DNA of 63,982 bases, counting the filler, from Basidiobolus ranarum (taxonomy: Eukaryota), in the NCBI GenBank assembly GCA_040143965.1. It is 3 parts of 3 records of this genome, joined end to end, with 100 filler letters (N's around TTAATTAATTAA, not from the genome) between each part and the next. Parts side by side here need not be neighbours in the genome. Positions count along the whole stretch, not along the records: positions 46,992 to 63,982 come from JASJQH010000319.1; 2 more parts are not named here. The stretch is one strand, 5' to 3'. Positions 61,205-63,982 of the stretch are shown here, piece after piece. The notes under the pieces are model-generated. The model saw only the letters and a program-made list of their open reading frames with translations. It was not told the DNA's origin and did no database searches. Each line of letters starts with the position of its first letter. Positions within the stretch are counted from its first letter, which is position 1. A program made the translations under genes and the position numbers.

Positions 61205-62302
61205 ATGATTACATGTATAAAGCAGCGACTTCTAACAACTATGGTTGTATTGGTAATATTAGGAATACTCTCCTTTGCATTTGCTACGAACTATAGAGTT
61301 AAGTTAGTCTCTTACCAACATACCGTTTTTAATACAACAACAATAGCTACCAAGCCAAGGAAAACTACCTTGGATGAACAGGACCTACAATTTCTCCACA
61401 GCTTATCCGTTCCCGATAGACTCAAAGTTGATGGTGCTTTACTAAAGCCTCTCCTTGTCCCACGGGTATCTGGAACACAAGCAAACAGAGATATTCAGGA
61501 GTTTATTAAAGGTCACTTTCGCAAGCTTGGCTGGAATATTGAAGAAGACCGTTTTAATGATACAACACCACTAGGCGTAAAAAACTTTAATAATATTATC
61601 GCGTCTAAAGTTCCAAATGCTTCCAGAAAATTGATTCTCGCTGCTCACTTCGATTCAAAATATTTCAAAGATGAGAAATTTGTTGGGGCAATCGATTCAG
61701 CAGTGCCTTGTGCCATCTTGTTGGACGTTGCTTCTACCCTGGATAAACTTTTGTTGAATAGTGGAAAGCCAGATGTTGGTTTAGAATTAGTATTTTTTGA
61801 TGGTGAAGAGGCGTTTGTAGAGTGGACACAACAAGATTCAGTTTACGGAGCTCGGCACTTGGCTGATAAATGGGCAACCACGCCTGCGCCTAATGGTAAG
61901 AGTATCACCCGTATTGAGGCCATCGAGCTATTTGTACTTTTAGACCTTATCGGAGCCAAAGGCTCTACGATTTGGAATCTTCAGTATTCCACTACACCTG
62001 CTTTCAAACAACTAGCTGAACTAGAGAGGAGATTTTCAGAGCATTCCTATTTGACTAAGTCGACCACGACCAGTAACTCTGGGGATTACTTCCGGTCACA
62101 ACTTTATGGCGGTGGTATTGACGACGATCACCGGCCTTTTCTACAATACGAGGTGCCTATTGTACATCTTATTCCTGCTTACTTTCCTGATGTTTGGCAT
62201 CAAGTAACTGATAACGCAGATGCTGTTGATCATGATACGGTTGTAGACATGAGCCTGATTATGCGAGCTTTTGTCGCAGAATATCTTCAGCTTCTACCTT
62301 GA
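61205..62302 (+). CDS. QPCT: Glutaminyl-peptide cyclotransferase (M28 family) with N-terminal signal anchor
   Basis: LAAHFDSKY, GAIDSAVPCA, FFDGEEAF..W...DSVYGARHLA, FVLLDLIG, IDDDHRPFL and FPDVWH. Confidence 0.92.
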   Translation: MITCIKQRLLTTMVVLVILGILSFAFATNYRVKLVSYQHTVFNTTTIATKPRKTTLDEQDLQFLHSLSVPDRLKVDGALLKPLLVPRVSGTQANRDIQEFIKGHFRKLGWNIEEDRFNDTTPLGVKNFNNIIASKVPNASRKLILAAHFDSKYFKDEKFVGAIDSAVPCAILLDVASTLDKLLLNSGKPDVGLELVFFDGEEAFVEWTQQDSVYGARHLADKWATTPAPNGKSITRIEAIELFVLLDLIGAKGSTIWNLQYSTTPAFKQLAELERRFSEHSYLTKSTTTSNSGDYFRSQLYGGGIDDDHRPFLQYEVPIVHLIPAYFPDVWHQVTDNADAVDHDTVVDMSLIMRAFVAEYLQLLP

Positions 62303-63982
62303 TTTAGATTGGACACGACGATCTCGTAGAACAATCAAGCCTTTTAGTCTCCACTTCACTACCGTTTAGATATCCTTCTTAAGAGTGGTTGGTAGAAATA
62401 ATAAATGTTTAAATTATCGAATTCTAAGTTAACAAGTAGCGTCCAAAAAATCCACATTAGAAATGTCAATGTGACTAAAGCAGACTGCTATCAGACTATC
62501 TACTAGTACAGCCCTTTAACAACGGAACGAGTGAAGGCATCTTCAACCTCTCCAAGTTTCTTTACTGCCAGTGCTCTGCCTTTGAGATGGCTTAATTGAT
62601 CAATCCCAAGGCACCTAGAATATCCCGATTCGATTATTGATGCAACAGTCAAATCGCCACCAATAGTTTGTAAATTGTATTTGGTTTAGGAAAAATATCG
62701 ATATATAATCATAGGGATTATACCGTAACTGATACTCAAACCACTTTCAAGAGTATAATGAATACCATATCGGTGTCTTGATACAAACAGGGCAGCACTA
62801 ACCGTGTACAGCATCCTACCAGGGATGACAAGACCATACCAACGAGTGCCATTTTGACTTCAAAGAAATGATACCAGGAACATTGCGATCATACTCTTAC
62901 ATTCACTACCATGTCACATCGCTAAGCTGGATATTAAGTAGTTATGGCTCCAATGGTATACTGGAATAAGATTATCTATTATGCTTTTGTATAAATACAC
63001 TGGCATCAAAGCTACAAGACATGCAACATTTTAGATACTTCAAATCCAAATCCATTATTACGTACAAATCAGTTCTAGATCTGTAATCGGATCTATCCCC
63101 CAGTAGAGTCGCTTACATTGGTCACATTTCTATGGTTGGTTTCACAGGTGATACAAAAGAGGGTGCCTGAAACATTATGTCGAGCTAACCCAAGGATCGG
63201 AAGGCTCACAATGAAAATAAGGACTCGTCAGATACTAATGATGTATGTAGTTTAAAGTACTATATACATCACTCGAATCTCCTAGAACCATAGCTGCTAG
63301 ATTTTCATTCAACCAAGTATTCCAATCTAGTTCAGTTAATATGCCGCTAAATCATTTGTAATTATTAGCAATTAGTTTGCACGCTTTATTATAGATGAGT
63401 TTTCCAAGATTGTTATTATTCGACTTCCTAGGCTTAGATCAGTCACTCTTGGTGTATTGTGGCTTAGACGCTAAGCTGTTCGAAATTCCTCACTTTCATT
63501 CTGATATTGTATATGAAAAGAATGCATGGAAAGTAAGGAAAAATGAGAACATGCCTCGAGTCCTGCTTATCAGGTAAGCAAATAACTCGCCTTTCTTCAC
63601 AACATAGAATCATAATAATCAATACCAAGAGTTCCATTTGATATTTTAGATATTAGTTTTGGTTTATTTCGCATACTTATTCATGAAATTGAATATTGTA
63701 ACACGAACGCAATCCGATTATTGATGAGATTTGGAGAGCCTATATTTTACACGAGAGAAGGGTTCACAGTGTTAAGTGGTTATGCTGATGCAGAGAATCG
63801 AGCGGAAAAGGAATCTTTCAAGTTTCCAAAGCAATCACTCAAAACTTGAGCTTGTTCGCGTTTATGAACGGTGGCGATACCTGTTGCGGGTGCAGCAGAT
63901 GGACCACGCACAACATAGCGCAGACCTAGGTTTTTCTTATGTAAGATTTGCTCAAGTCTAGGAGCCATGCAGGAGTAGGCTC

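Overview
AT-rich eukaryotic genomic DNA with short GT-AG introns (about 55-110 nt) and two N-padded scaffold gaps. The gene content (chitin deacetylase, expansin-like protein, fungal-type histone H3, B12-dependent methylmalonyl-CoA mutase, PP2A B'' subunit, tandem F-box/LRR-like family) points to an early-diverging, non-Dikarya fungus; a Basidiobolus-like zoopagomycete is my inference, not something the sequence proves. About 19 intact or probable genes: a secreted repeat protein running off the left edge (absent from the ORF track), a BED-finger hAT-derived protein, histone H3, a small SET protein, mitochondrial EF-G1, a CorA Mg2+ transporter, a hevein-domain chitin deacetylase, MMUT, two F-box/LRR-like paralogs plus a deleted third copy, ADA3, a sulfotransferase-like protein, a TIS11/CTH tandem CCCH protein, a small secreted protein, STS1/Cut8, a RasGEF, a DPBB expansin-like protein, a PH-domain protein, PP2A B'' and glutaminyl cyclase. 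Best observations beyond the ORF track: (1) a dead Ty1/copia element with a same-family solo LTR nested in its gag, with a 5-bp target-site duplication and apparently no CpG; (2) a mitochondrial nad2 fragment next to the second gap; (3) a secreted Gly/Ser/Pro/Lys/Tyr repeat protein with Kex2-type KR sites; (4) histone H3 head-to-head with a minimal SET gene across MCB boxes; (5) a Cys-to-Ser change in a zinc ligand of the second CCCH finger; (6) an in-frame 386-codon deletion in the third F-box copy. I found no clear novel multi-gene system. All coordinates and translations outside the ORF track were worked out by hand.
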